Assembly (NCBI RefSeq): GCF_009914755.1
Contig: NC_060925.1
Strand: one strand, 5' to 3'
DNA length: 64,000 bases
From: the human T2T-CHM13v2.0 reference genome, Homo sapiens
Under the pieces are notes generated by a model. That model ran no database searches. It was given only the letters and a program-made list of their open reading frames with translations, and had not been told where the DNA came from. A program made the position numbers and the translations under genes. Shown one piece after another: positions 33,920 to 47,990 of the stretch (its first letter is position 1; every line of letters begins with the position of its first letter).

Positions 33920-35179
33920 TATTTCAGAAAATTTACTTAAGGTTTGGCTTCCATGAAAAAGTAGTCTACCATTTAAATCTATAGTAGGAATGTACTGGTT
34001 TAGAATTTGAACCCACAAATCACATTCTGAAGCATTCTTTCAGGGGTGGCAAATATACAGCCAGCAGGCTAGGTGGAGCCTACAAATATGCTTTGTATGG
34101 CTATCAATACATCAAAGAATGGTATACACTTAGGGATTAAATTTATACTTTCTTTTGCCATGGGCGTATTACTCTATTACTTACTCTCTATCTTTTATAC
34201 CTTTTAATGCCTGTTTGGTCCTCAAATATATTCGATTTTGTGACTCCATTATAATACTATGTCAGCAGCCATTGCTTGCTTCAGAGGAGGGGGCTATCAC
34301 AGTGTGCTTGCAATTGATTAATGTCTGCTTCCCCAGCAGACTTTAAAATCCACAGGAGCAAAGACCACAACTGTATTGCTCCTTATGAAATAGCCTATGC
34401 CTGGCATAGGGCCTGCCTGACACATTCTAGATGATAAATAAAATTTTTTCCCTCCTAAGAGGAGCATAAGGTCATAGTTGACTTATTTGTATAGTTATTT
34501 ATTCTGTTTTTCTTTTCCATCAACTATAGCCTTATATTGTGTTAGGTCCTGGATAAAGCTTTTAAGTATGAAGCAATGTCTTTTTTGTAGGAAACCTATT
34601 CATCTTGTTGGGGAGAGCTATAAGCAATGGATTAATTTGAGCAGCTGTTCCTGGTGAACTAACCTCTTCTCTTTTTGCCAGGGAGGAGGTGGCAGCCATT
34701 AAGAATTAGTACCCTAGAGAATTTTGCAATGGTAGTGGGTCATGTAGATTGAGTCACCTTGAATCATGGTAGGTCAATGATTGGCCTGCCATGGTAGGAT
34801 AGACAGTAATATTGAACATAGAATAGGGCCGGGATTACAATGTGGAACAATTATACTTTATATGGTCTTGTTGGTTTTATAATCTATAGAAAATAAAGTT
34901 CTTCATATCATTTTGACTGGTAGTAAATGACTCTAGGGACCAAAGTTTAAAAAAGGGTGAAAATCTCTGGATGAGATTCAAGTGAAAATGAAGCAGGTTA
35001 GGAGCTGTAGACCAACTGATAACCTCAATCTGGAACCAAGGACCAAGCAGGACCAGTCAGAAGAGCTGTTATATGTAAATCCGTGTTGAATCACTCTCCA
35101 CTTCAGAAGGAGCTTTCAGGCACACCTTGCCTTGGTAACAGTGGTAGCTTCGCTTTAGGAGGAGATTTTAGTGCTCACT

Positions 35180-35390
35180 ATGCAGGAAGACCCTGGGTTC
35201 GAATCTCAAATTCTGCTACTTACTGGTTGGTGACCTTGGGCAAGCTCCTTAACTATCTTCAGTCTCACTTCCTTTTTTGGTAAAATAGGCATAATAATAT
35301 GTATCTTACAGGATTGTTGTGAGAATTTAGTAAGATAATTTATATAAAGCACTCAATGCATGCCTAATACATGATAAGCACTCACCCGTG
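35180..35390 (+). mobile_element. MIR
   Basis: ctgggttcgaatctc...gtgaccttgggcaag...taaaataggcataata. Confidence 0.75.
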
Positions 35391-37174
35391 ATGGGGAATG
35401 AGGAAAATTATAAAGCAATATATGCATAAATGAAGTTTGAAGTAAGCTTTCGGAATTAACATCATCAGAAAGTACTATAGGAAATATGGAGATTACTGTG
35501 GGCTCTTGAGGTCCGTGCAGGTTTCAAGACATTCATCTGAGAAATGGGGAGAAAGAAAACAGGAAGTGTGTAGCACCCTGTTATCTACTTGTACCGCTAA
35601 TTCATTCATTATTTATCAAACAGTATCTCTTCTGTATCAGAGGCTATGCTAAGCACTAGACATGTAAAGAAGACTAATACCTATACCCTATCCTTGAGGA
35701 GTTTACAGCCCAGTGGGGGAAGATAGTCAAAAAGGCAAAGAAGCAGCGATAACATGGTTAAGCACTGTGACACAGGTATGAGCAAAGTGACAAGTGAGGA
35801 CAAAGACTGGATACAGCCATTTCTGCCTAGGAACAGAGAATGGGAGTATGTGTTTAGGCTGAGGCAATGCCATACATAAACACACAGAGTTGTGAAAGGT
35901 CCTGCCATGGTCAGGGGCTGTAAGAAGTTCAGTAAGACCCATGGGAGTACTCTAGACTCTACAGTCTAAGTGAGCAAAGATGGTATCTGGGTTTTGCTCA
36001 CTGCTCTAACCTTAGTACTCAATGCTAGGACTGCCCCTCAGTAGATGCTAAACGCTTCCTGAAGGATTTAATGGGGTATGTGGGAGACATTATGTCTAGT
36101 GCTTTCATATATCCTTTCCATGTAAGCCTCACAGCTTCTGTGATATGATTCCCATTTTTACCATCAAGAAAACTGTCACATGGTTACTAAATAGTAGAAT
36201 CCGTGAACTCAAAAACCCAAAACTAGAATGAAAGGGACAACTCATCCCTACTTTTGGTCTTGTAAAGATCCTTTAGAAAAACTCTATATTTTTCTGATCA
36301 TCAGTTATTAAGAGTAATAAAGAAAAGGTTGAAGAAATAAAAGCACTATCTCATTTCTATATACTGTTCATTGTATGGAAATGAAAATTTATAATTCAGA
36401 AACTATTCTATCAGGAAACACATATAAACCTTAGAAGTCAGTGAGTAAGAAAGAAGTTCTAAAGCGCCTAACTTCAAGTCATCTCTTTTAAGATGAGTCT
36501 TGAGCCTTCAACCATTGTCTGTTGTTACATGATTCCTGCCACTGAGTTGTAGGGTACTACTGCTGCTGATGAATCACTGGAAGACTTTTACCACATATTT
36601 CTGAAATCCTATGTCCTTTATTGTTTATCATTGAGATGTTTTTATTATTCCTGTTAAGCTGCATTTTTCATAACGTTTGAGGTGATCTGAAACGACAATA
36701 GAAGGATCATGACCTTGTTCCTGTGTAGAAACAAGCAAACAGTATTTAGAGCTTCTGAAATGAGTACTTCTTAATTGTTGGCTTGAGGACCCACTAAGCA
36801 ATGATCACATTTTCACATATTCTTAGCCATTTGAAATGGAGATTGTGTATGTTTTAGGGCAAGTCAAATTTTATGTAGCATGACAGAACTGTGTGTGTAC
36901 TTTCAGTAATTGTATGACATATATGGTATAGTTTGCCTATCATATCTGCTGGTTTATATAACATAGGAAATATTAGATTGTAGTTGTGTGGTCTTTTGTA
37001 AAAATGATCTTGTATGTAACGTGTGTACTGTATACTTTGTTAAAATCAAAAGATGCTTTTAATTGATAAGCTTTTAGAAATAATAATGCCATGAGGTGTT
37101 TCTCTCTACCACTTGAATTCCTGTTTTTCTCCCAAATGAATCTTTTCTTTCGAAAGTGTATGTGGTTATATATG

Positions 37175-37177
<3 letters not shown>

Positions 37178-37223
<46 letters not shown>

Positions 37224-37335
37224 GTGTATACCATTTCTTTTCTTCTCTCTTTTTTTTTTTTAAGAGACAGGGTCTCACCATGTTGCTCAAACTGGAGTGG
37301 TGGCTCTTCACAGGTGTGATCATAGTGCACTGCAG
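37178..37335 (-). repeat. (TG)n(TA)n microsatellite followed by a truncated FAM/FLAM monomer
   Basis: Dinucleotide runs at 37178-37228, then a T-tail plus gagacagggtctcacc...cacaggtgtgatcatag. Confidence 0.75.
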
Positions 37336-39646
37336 TTCATTCTTTTAAAAGGATTTAAGTGCTAGTGTTTGATAGACCTGGATTTAAGATTCACCTCTCC
37401 CATGTATTAATTTGTGATCTTGGAACATTGTCCCAACATTCTAAGCCTCAGTTTCATCATTTTTAAAGCAGGCTTAATAGTAGTATCTACCGGGATTTTT
37501 GTGTAAATTACATAAAATGATGAAGTGCTTGGCGTATAGTAAGTACTCATGATTAGCTTCTGCTATCTTTATCAATATGATATTACATCATGAACAACAG
37601 TAATAGCAATGTTAATATTAATAATGGATATTGGTGTCAGGGCATGTTTCTAATTTAATACATGTGTTAGGTAACTTCCAGTTACAAAGTTTTTATAAGA
37701 GCACATGATGTGTATAATAGCTGATTATACTGAAATACGAAGTGTCAGATTTGTATTTTTCTGGTTTGGGATTTTTTTTTTTTTGGTTGGTGAATATCAT
37801 GGAGTATTTGCATTCTAAAATTTGACTTTGTATTGGTTATATGAATTATTTTAGTGATTATGCAAATTCAACTATATAGTAAAGTCAAATTATATTCTCT
37901 AAAAATCACTCCTAAATACTGTGTTATATAATCAAGACTAGAAGGCAGGTATTACTCTCATTCACTTATTAATTCACTTATTCACCAACTCTTGATTGAT
38001 CAACTTTTATGGGCTAGGCTCTCTATTGTTTCTAGGGCTATGTAGATCAAAAGACTTCACACCCTTGAGGAGTCCAGCCTAGGGAAAGCCAGGCTTATGC
38101 ACTGATAGATAACTTTATTATGATACAAGTTATAATAACTGTCTTAATCAAATGTGTAGAATACAGAAGAGATCGTGACAGCTCTGCTTGAGTGAGCCAG
38201 GGAAGACTTCACAGAGGAGAGAATATCTGAGGTGGGACTTGAAGAATATTTCTGAGCAGGATAGGAGAGGGCATGTAGTATAGGGAGTGGCTTATGTAGT
38301 TTTTCAGCTTCCATTTAATGAGTTAGCTTGGGTTATCCAGAAAGCCTTTGAGAGTTAAATCAGTATGTTCCTTCCTTCCCCTACTCTCATCCTAGTTGGC
38401 CAGCTTCATCTATTTATGCATCAATGCGTTAAATAGAAACTTAATGTAAGTTTATTCTTGTTAGAACAAATACATATCATGGTAAGCCTCGGGAAATATA
38501 TGTCATGTCAAAATGATAGCACAAAAGAATATTTAATTGGTCATCTAGGGTTGATGTAATAAGGTTTTAACCTATTAAAGCATCTATTCAGTTCATCTTT
38601 AAGTACCTATTGTGTGTCAGGTACTGTGCTAGGATAATAATACATATTAATTTTTTAAATTAATTAACTGAAAAAATATCGATTGACTAAAGTAAAACAA
38701 TATAAACTTGCAAAGAGGCAGCACTGTTTTATAAACTCCAGAGAGCATTTGTTTAAACCTGTATCAGACAGCAAAAAGGGCAATAGTTGCAAATATTAAT
38801 TTGGTAGTTGCTGGCAAAAATTCTTTTTGAAATAATAAAAAACAACTGCAAGAGTGGCCCATTTTAAGATTCTGAAAATTCTCTGCTTTCTTGAGCATTA
38901 TATGGACAGAAAAATTTTCCCTGCATTTATTCACATCAGATTACTGGTACTGCTCAGAGTAAAGCCTGTCTTCTTTCTGTTCTCCAGTGTATAATTGTAG
39001 CAGATGGCTTTTAATAAAACATTTAGCTAAAGAAGAATTTTTACTCTGGGTTGGTGGAATGTATTATAATGATAATATTGGAAATTCTCAAGAGGAGATG
39101 TTTAATTTGGTATTTTTCTTTTGATTGAATAATGTTTGGTGAATAATTGAAAAGTCAAATTATAGTATCTGCTACATCGTTTTTTATTTGTTAAGTTTCA
39201 AAACTAAATTAAATCATGTAGATGAGTCATGTAGCCAAGTAAATATTTGCTTTTTCTTTACATGGTTTACTTTTTAAACATTAAGGCAGTTTATCCTAGT
39301 AAAATAACACTCAATACTAGATTTTATTGAGAGTCAGAGCATCGCTTAATTATATGGCTGCTCTGTTCTCTGTCATCACCTTGTCTAGGTGTAGGCTTTG
39401 AGCTTTTTGATAGAATGAGGTTATTCCAGCTGTGTCTGTACCATTGGTATTTATAAAAACCACAGGCTGTTGTATAAAAACCACATTACTGATATAAATA
39501 CAAAATTTACAAAGATCTCATCAGAAAATGTATAGTTACTAAAAATTTACTAACCACAACAATGAGGCAGGCAAGGAGAATAAAGAGTACTCATTGTGTT
39601 GTAATGTAAATGCCTTGAATATGTAGGTACTGGAAAGTCTTTATTA

Positions 39647-39988
<342 letters not shown>

Positions 39989-40620
39989 TTAATGAAAGAG
40001 GTTCTTTAAGAAAATATACAATTTATTTTCTCTTTTCTTGCATAATTATATATTTGCTTATGGTTAATTTTTTTACAGAATAATTTAAATCAAATTTTCT
40101 TGATCCCCATCCTTTGAGATCTTTCATTTACTGTCTGTCTATAGTGATATCTACATATATAAAAACTGTAATTATATGTGAATTTGAGAAGTAACAGTTT
40201 TCTTCTCAACTCTCCAACACTGTGTATAAAATTTAAAATATACTCTAAGTATTTTCATGTACTTAAGTGATATATTCTATTATTAGTAACAAATATAGTT
40301 TTTGTTATCCTTCAAATGTGTTTAATAGTTTTGAGGTAAATTAAGGAAGATATAACTTTTTAATATTACCTTCATTTTCATATTATGGAATTAGAGTAGG
40401 AGTATACTGTTTTGAAGAAAGATGTTAGAGGTTATTGTTGAGCATAGATCATTTCATGGCTTACATGGTTTACTTTTTAAAAACTTAAGGCAGTGTTAGT
40501 CAAATAACAATACTAGATTTCACTGAGAGTCAGAGGATTGCTTAATTATACGACTGCCTTGTTCTTTGTCATCACCTTGTGTAGTTTTGTAGGCTTTAAT
40601 CAGTAATAAAATCAGTACTT

Positions 40621-40833
40621 GCCTGGGCATGGTGGCTCATGCTTGTAATCTCAATACTTTGGAAAGCCAAGGCAGGAAGATCTCGAGTCCAGGAGTTAAA
40701 GACGCTGTCTCTACAAAAAATACAAAAATTAGCTGGGTGTGGTGCCACATGCCTATGGTTACAGCCACTCGGGAGGCTGAAGTGGGAGGATCACTTGAGC
40801 CTAGGAGGCTGCAGTGAGCTGTGATTGTGCCAT
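40621..40833 (+). mobile_element. Truncated AluJ lacking its 3' end and tail
   Basis: Alu sequence stops at gattgtgccat and runs into MADE1. Confidence 0.8.
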
Positions 40834-40880
40834 TTGCCATTTTAATGACAAAACCCACAATTACTTTTGCATCAACCTAG
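40833..40880. mobile_element. MADE1 (Hsmar1 MITE) partial copy
   Basis: tttgccattttaatgacaaaacccacaattacttttgcatcaaccta matches the MADE1 centre plus one TIR. Confidence 0.8.
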
Positions 40881-42039
40881 TCTCATATTTTCAAGAGCCT
40901 GGGATTACACTCCTGTATTCCAATTTCATAATAACTTTATTGACATTAGCACATATTTCTAGAACATATTTAATTTATGTTTCATTGGGTAATATGGTGT
41001 GGTGAGTTCTCTCTAGGGATTTTGCTTTGTCTTTGATTTACTTTTCCATTTAAATTTATGAAATTTATGTTTAGATGTGTTTACTATTGATTACGGCTGA
41101 GGTGAAAAAAGGGATAGGCAGCTGATACCCATGAGGCACCTACCTCCTGCCCCAACATGTTATACATTTCTGCACATGTTTTGGTCACAGTTCCATTTTG
41201 CAGCCTCTTATTTGATTGCTTCATGAATCTGTTTCTCAGTATCTTCTTTCATTTTTGTGTCTCTTTATGTTTTTTTTTTTGTCTCTCCATTATATCTTTA
41301 ATTTTCTTTTTTACCTGCCTCCCTTTCTTAATTGTCCAAAATCTAGAGTTGACTCTTAAAGAATGCAGGGGTTAGTGGCTGGCTTCCATCTCAAGGCAGT
41401 TGAAAAATTGTGTATAACCTTTTACTCCCCCCAGATCTAACTATTAATAGCCTATTGTTGAGTGGAAGCCTTACCAATAACATAGGCAGTCAGTTAACAT
41501 GTATCTTGTATTATGCAAAAAGTCCAAGGATTTTGCATGTGCTGATGTAGCTGCATTGACAGCTTCATGAATTTCCTCTTTAATTATTATTATTATCATT
41601 ATTTTTTACTGTTGTCCTTTTGCTGGATTCATTTATCTCAAAGTAGTGGACATCCGCAGCTGCAGACTTCAGTGTGTGGTACTTATTCAGAATTCAGCTT
41701 TTTCTTGTAATGTGACTTTTCTGTGCTTCTTGAAAGCACTTTTAGCTTCACTAGTGGCACTTCATATGGGTCACATGGTGTTACTCAAGTTTTATGGTAT
41801 TGCACTAAACAATGAGAAATATGTGAGAACCATGATCACTTTTTACAATGATAAAATGTACTGGAGAGATGAACTGCTCACATGGAGATGATTAGCATTA
41901 CACGGCATTTCAAGCAGATACACTCACCACAATAGCAACCCGAGATGGGGTTGAAAATTTTACAGTTGCATAGTATGTACTACATTTAACTTTATATAGT
42001 TTTGATGTAATACTGCATCTTTATGTTTGTTTTGTGTTT

Positions 42040-45000
42040 TTCAAATTTTATTTTAGATTCAGGGGGTACATATGCAGGTTTGTTACCTGAATGTATTGCA
42101 TGATGCTGAAGTTTTGGGTGTGAATGATCCTATCACTTGGGTAATGAGCATAGTACCCCAGTACTTAGTTTTTCAGCCCTTGTCTCCTTCAGCCTTCTGT
42201 TAGCCTCCATTGTCTGTTGTTGCCATCTTTATGTCCATGACTACCCAATGTTTATCTCCCACTCGTAAGTGAGAACATGTGGTACTTGGTTTTCTGTTTT
42301 TTTGTTAATTTGGTTAGGATAATGGCCTCCAGCTGCATCCACATTGCTGCATAGGACATGATTTCATTCTTTTCTGTGGCTGCATAGTATTGTATGGTGT
42401 ATATATACCACATTTTCTTTTTCCAACCCACTGTTGATGGGCACTTGTGTTGACTCCATGTCTTTGTTATTGTGAATAGTGCTGCAGTGAACATGCAAAC
42501 ATGTGTGTCTTTTCGATAGAAATATTTGTTTTCTTTTGGATATATACCCAATAGTAGGATTGCTGGGTTGAACTGGGTAGAATGGTAGTTATTTGAGAAA
42601 TCTCTAAAGCATTCCACAGTGGCTGTAATAATTTACATTCCCACCAACAGTGTCTACGTGTTAATTCCCCTTTCTCTGTAGCCTTGTGAGCATCTGTTGT
42701 TTTTTTTTGACTTTTTAGTAATAGCCATTTTGGCTAGTATGACATGGTTTCTCATTGTGATTTTGATTTGCCTTTCTCAGATTAGTGATGTTGAGCATTT
42801 TTTCATGTTTGTTGGCTGCTTGTTTGTCTTCTTTTGAGAAGTGTCTATTCATATCTTTTGCCTGCTTTTTAATGGTGTTATTTGTTTTGTGCTTGTTGAA
42901 TTTTTTAAGTTCCTTATAGATTCTAATGTTAGACCTTTGTCAGATACGTAGTTTCTGAGTATGTTCTCCTATTCTGTAGGTTTTCTGTTTACTCTATTGA
43001 TAGTTTCTTTTCCTGTGCAGAAGCTCTTCAGTTTAATTAGGTCCTACTTGTTAATTTATGTTTTCTTGCAATTGTTTTTGAGGGTTTAGTCATAAATTAT
43101 TGTTACAGGAAGTCAGGGACCCCGAACGGAGGGACCAGCTGGAGCTGCGGCAGAAGAACATAAATTGTGGAGATTTCATTTTAATATGGACATATGTCAG
43201 TTCCCAAAATTAATACTTTTATAATTTCTTATGCCTGTCTTTACTGCAATCTCTGAACATAAATTGTGAAGATTTCATGGACATTTATCAGTCCCCAAAT
43301 AATACTCTTATAATTTCTTACACCTGTCTTACTTTAATCTCTTAATCCTGTTATCTTCGTAAGCTGAGGATGTACATCACTTCGGGAGCACTATAATTGT
43401 ATGTAACTGTACAAATTGATTGTAAAACGTGTGTTTGAACAATATGAAATCAGTGCACCTTGAAAAAGAACAGAATAACACGATTTTCAGGAAACAAGGG
43501 AAGACAACCATAATGTCTGACTGCCTGCGGGGTCGGGCAGAATAGAGCCATATTTTTCTTCTTGCAGAGAGCCTATAAATGGATGTGCAAGTAGGGAAGA
43601 TATCGCTGAATTCTTTTCCTAGCAAGGAATATTAATAATTAAGACCCTGGGAAAGGAATGCATTCCTGGGGAGGGGTCTATAAACGGCCACTCTGGAAGT
43701 ATCTGTCTTATGCAGTTGAGATAAGGACTGAAATTCACCCTGGTCTCCTGCCGTACCCTCAGGCTTACTAGGATTGGGAAACCCCACCCTGGTAAATTTG
43801 AGGTCAGACTGGTTCTCTGCTCTCGAACCCTGTTTTCTGTTGTTTAAGATGTTTATCAAGACAATACGTGCACAGCTGAACATAGACCCTTATCAGGAGT
43901 TTTTGATTTTGCCCTTTGCCTTGTGATCTTTGCTTTGCCCTTTGCCCTGTGATCTTTATTGGCCTCAGAAGCATGTGATCTTTGTTATCCTTTTTGCCCT
44001 TTGAAGCATGTGATCTTTGTGACCTACTCCCTGTTTGTACACCCCCTCCCCTTTTGAAGTCCTTAATAAAAACCTACTGGTTTTGTGGCCCAGGTGGGCA
44101 TCACGGTCCTACAGATATGCTGTGTCACCCCTGGAGGCCCAGTAAAATTCCTCTCTTTGTACTCTTTCTCTTTATTTCTCAGACTGGCCGACACTTAGGG
44201 AAAATAGGACTTACGTTGAAATATTGGGGGTGGGTTCCCCCGATAAATTATTTCCCAAGGCTGATGTCCAGAATGGTGTTCCCTAGGTTTTCTTCTAGAT
44301 TTTTAGAGTTTGAGGTCTTACATTTAAAAATTTTAATTCATCTGGAGTTAATTTTTGTGTATGGTGACAGATAAGGGTCCAGTTTCTTTCTTCTGCATAT
44401 GGCTAGCCAACTATCCCGTAATAGCAGGGATAATGTGTGGCTAAGTCTTTTCACCATTTATTGAATAAGGAGCCCTTTCCCTATTGCTTATTTTTGTTGA
44501 CTTTGTTGAGGATCAGATGGCTGTAGGTGTGTGGCTTTATTTCTGCGTTCTTTATTTTGTTGGTTTATGTATCTGTTTTTGTACCAATTATCATGCTGTT
44601 TTGGTTACTGTAGCCTTATATATAGTATGAATTCAGGTAATGTGATGCCTCCAGCTTTGTTCTTTTTGCTTAGAATGCTTTGGCTATTTGGGCCATTTTT
44701 TGGTTCCATATGAATTTTAGAATAGTTTTTTTCTAGTTCTGTGAAAACTAATGTTGGTAGTTGAATAGAAATAGCATTCAATCTCTTGCTTTCTTTGGGC
44801 AGTATGGCCACTTTAATGAAATTGATTCTTCCAATCCATGATCGTGGAATTTTTTAAAAATTGTTTCTGTCATTTCAGATTTATTTGAGCAATGTTTTGT
44901 AGTTCTCCTTGTAGAAATCTTTTACCTCCTTGGTTAGATGTATTCCTAGGTATATTTTTTTGTGTATGTGGCTAATTGTGGGATTGTGTTCTTGATTTGG

Positions 45001-47990
45001 CTCTCAGCTTGAACGATATTGCTATATAGAAATGCTACTGATTTTTGTGTGCTGATTTTTTATCTTAAAACTTTTCTGAAGTCATTTATCAGTTCCAGGA
45101 ACCTTCTGGCAGAGTCTTTAGGGTTTTCTAGTATAGGATCACATCATCAGTGAAGAGAGATCATTTGACTTCTTCTTTTCCAATTTGGATGCCTTTCTTT
45201 CTCTTGCCTGATTGCTCTGGGTAGGACTTCCATTACTATGTTGAATAGGAGTGATGAGAGTGGGCATCCTTGTCTTGTTCATTCTCAAGGGGAATGCTTT
45301 CAGTTTTTACCTGTTCAGTATGATGTTTGCTGTGGGTTTGTCATGAATGGTTCCTGTTATTTTGAGGTATGTTGCTTTGATTCCTGGTTTCTTGAGTATT
45401 TTTATCATGAAGGGATGTTGGATTTTATCAAAAGCTTTTTTCACATTTATTGAGATGATCACATGGCTTTTGTTTTTGTTTTTGATTCTGTTTATGTGTT
45501 CAATCAAATTTATTAAATTTTTGATACACTGTTGAGTTTGGTTTGTTAGTATTTTGTTGGGGATTTTTCCATCTATGTTCACTAGGGATATTGGGCTAAG
45601 TTTTCTGTTTCTGTTGTGTCTTTGCCAGGTTTTGGTATCAGGTTGATGCTGACTCTGATTTTATTTACTTCAAAGTAATTTTTGATTTCTGCCTTAATTT
45701 CATTGTTTACCCAAAAGTCATTCAGGAGCAGGTCATTTAATTTCTATGTAACTGTGTGGTTTTGAGAGAGCTTTTTGATACTGATTTCTATTTGTATTCC
45801 ACTGTGGTCCAAGAGTATGGTTTGTGTGACTTTTTAAAAAATTTATTGAGACTTGCATTGTGGCTGAGCATGTGATTGATCTTGGAGTATGTTCTGGGTG
45901 CAGATGAGAAAGATATATATTCTGTGGTTGATGGGTAGAGTATCCCGTAGATGTTTATTAAGTCCAACTGGACAAGTGTCAAGTTTAAGTTCAGGATTTC
46001 TTTGTTAGTTTTCTGCTTTGATGATGTGTCTAATGCTGTCAGTGGGGTGTTGAAGTTCCCCACTATTACTGTGTGGCTAAGTCTTTTCATAGGTATAGAC
46101 ATACTTGTTTATACCCCAAACTTGGGCGTGTATATATTTAAGATAGTTAAGTCTTCTTGTTGAATTGAACTCTTTATCATTATGTAATACCTTTATTTGT
46201 TCACTTTTACTTTTGTTGGCTTAAAGTGTGTTTTATCTAATATAAGAACAGCCACCCTTGCCCATTTATGTTTTCCATTTGCATGGTAGATCTTCCTCCA
46301 TCCCTTTATATTGAGGCTTTGGGTGTTATTATGTGTGAGATGGGTCTCTTGAAGACAGCAGATGTATGAATCTTTTTATCCAACTTGTGATTCTGTGCCT
46401 TTTAAGTGGGGTGTTTTGACCATTTACATTCAACATTAATATTGATAATGTGAGATTTTGATGCTATCATAAAGTTGTTAGTTGGTTGCTTTGTAGTTTC
46501 TATTGTGTTGTTTCCTGATAGGGTCTGTGGGCTATGTACTTAAGTGTGTTTTTGGGTAGAGGAGGTATCTTTCCTTCATTTCCATGTATAGAAATATCTT
46601 AAGGATCCCTTGTAAAACTGGTTTAGTGGTAATGAATTCCCTTAGCACTTGCTCGTCTGAAAAAGGTTTTATTTCTCTTTTGCTTATGAAGCTTAGTTTG
46701 GCAGAATATGAAATTCTTAGTTGGAATTTTTTTTCTTTAAGAATGCTTAAAAAAGGCCCCCAGTCTCTCCTGGCTTGTAATGTTTCTGATGAAAAGTCCA
46801 CTGTTAGCCTGATGGGGTTCCCTTTGTACATGATCTGACCTTTTTCTCTAGCTGTCTTTAAAATTTTTTTCTTTAGCATTGAGCTTGGACAGTCTTGTGA
46901 CTATATATCCTGGTGATGTTCATTTTGTGTAGTATCTCACAGATATTCTCTATTCTTGTATCTGGATGTCTACCTCTCTAGCAAGATTAGGGAAGTTTTC
47001 TTGAATTATTCACTCAAATATGTTTTTCAGATTGTTTACTTTTTCTCCTTTCTCAGGAATGCCAGTAATTCATAGATTTGGTCATTTTACATAATCCTAT
47101 TTTTATCAAAGACTTTGTTCATTTTTAAAAATTCTTTTTTCTTTATTTTTGTTGACTGTATTAGTTCAAAACACTGGTCTTCAGGCTCTGAGATTCTTTC
47201 CTCAACATGGTCTCTTCTGTTGCTAACACATTCAATTGTATTTTGAAATTCCTTAAGTGAATTTTTTAATGACTGAAGCTGTCATTGATTTATTTTTAAA
47301 GATATTTCTCTCTTATTTCCTGGCTTGCTTTAGACGTTTGTGTCGATTTTCAACCTTGTCTTGAATCTCATTGAGCTTCCTTGCAATCCATGCTTTGAAT
47401 TCTTTCTGTCATTTATGAGTTTCCATTTTAGTTGGGGACCATTGCTTGACAGCTCTAAGGCCATCCCTTGGTAGTGTCACTACATTGAGATTTTTCATGG
47501 TGCCAGAATTCTTGTACTGGTTCCTTCTCATCTGAAGACACTGGTACTTCTAATTTTTGTCATTATTTTCTCGCAGGTATGATTGTTTTTCTTTCTTCAT
47601 TTCCCTATAGTGTTATTTTATTTTTTCTGTACCCTCCTCCCCCCCTTTCTCTATGGGTGAGACTGCAGAGAATTCTGGTTAGGGTCTTTTGGCTTTGCTT
47701 CTATAGCCCTATGCACTTCTTTGGGCAAGTTTTATATTGGGCTGTGCAATTTAATGTACAAGCCAGTAGATGACGCTAGGCAGCCAATGCAGTTGGGTAT
47801 ATACTTGATTCTTGTTTATTTTCGGAAGCTCTCTGTTGTGTCAGGCAGTGTACTGATTCTTTGAATGCACAGTGGTCGAGCTCCCTGCTTAACTACCATA
47901 GGACAGAGGCCATGAAGGGCAGGGTTAGACCAGCACATCTGCCCACACGTCCCCTGATGGCAGGCACTTAAATTTCTCTCAACTGTGAAT
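42040..47990 (-). mobile_element. Old primate L1 (L1PA15/16-like), near full length with internal deletions, decayed ORF1/ORF2
   Basis: 3' end tttattttagattcagggggtacatatgcaggtttgttac; ORF fragments [41 protein letters not shown]. Confidence 0.88.
43101..44245 (+). mobile_element. MER11A-type (HERV-K/HML-8) solo LTR with 6-bp TSD AATTAT
   Basis: tgttacaggaagtcagggaccccgaacggagggacc ... gggttcccccgata; aattat at 43095-43100 and 44246-44251; AATAAA at 44065. Confidence 0.92.

Noticed and set aside
42252-46879. L1-like ORFs as a second active LINE-1
   Set aside because: Fragmented, internally deleted and interrupted by an LTR
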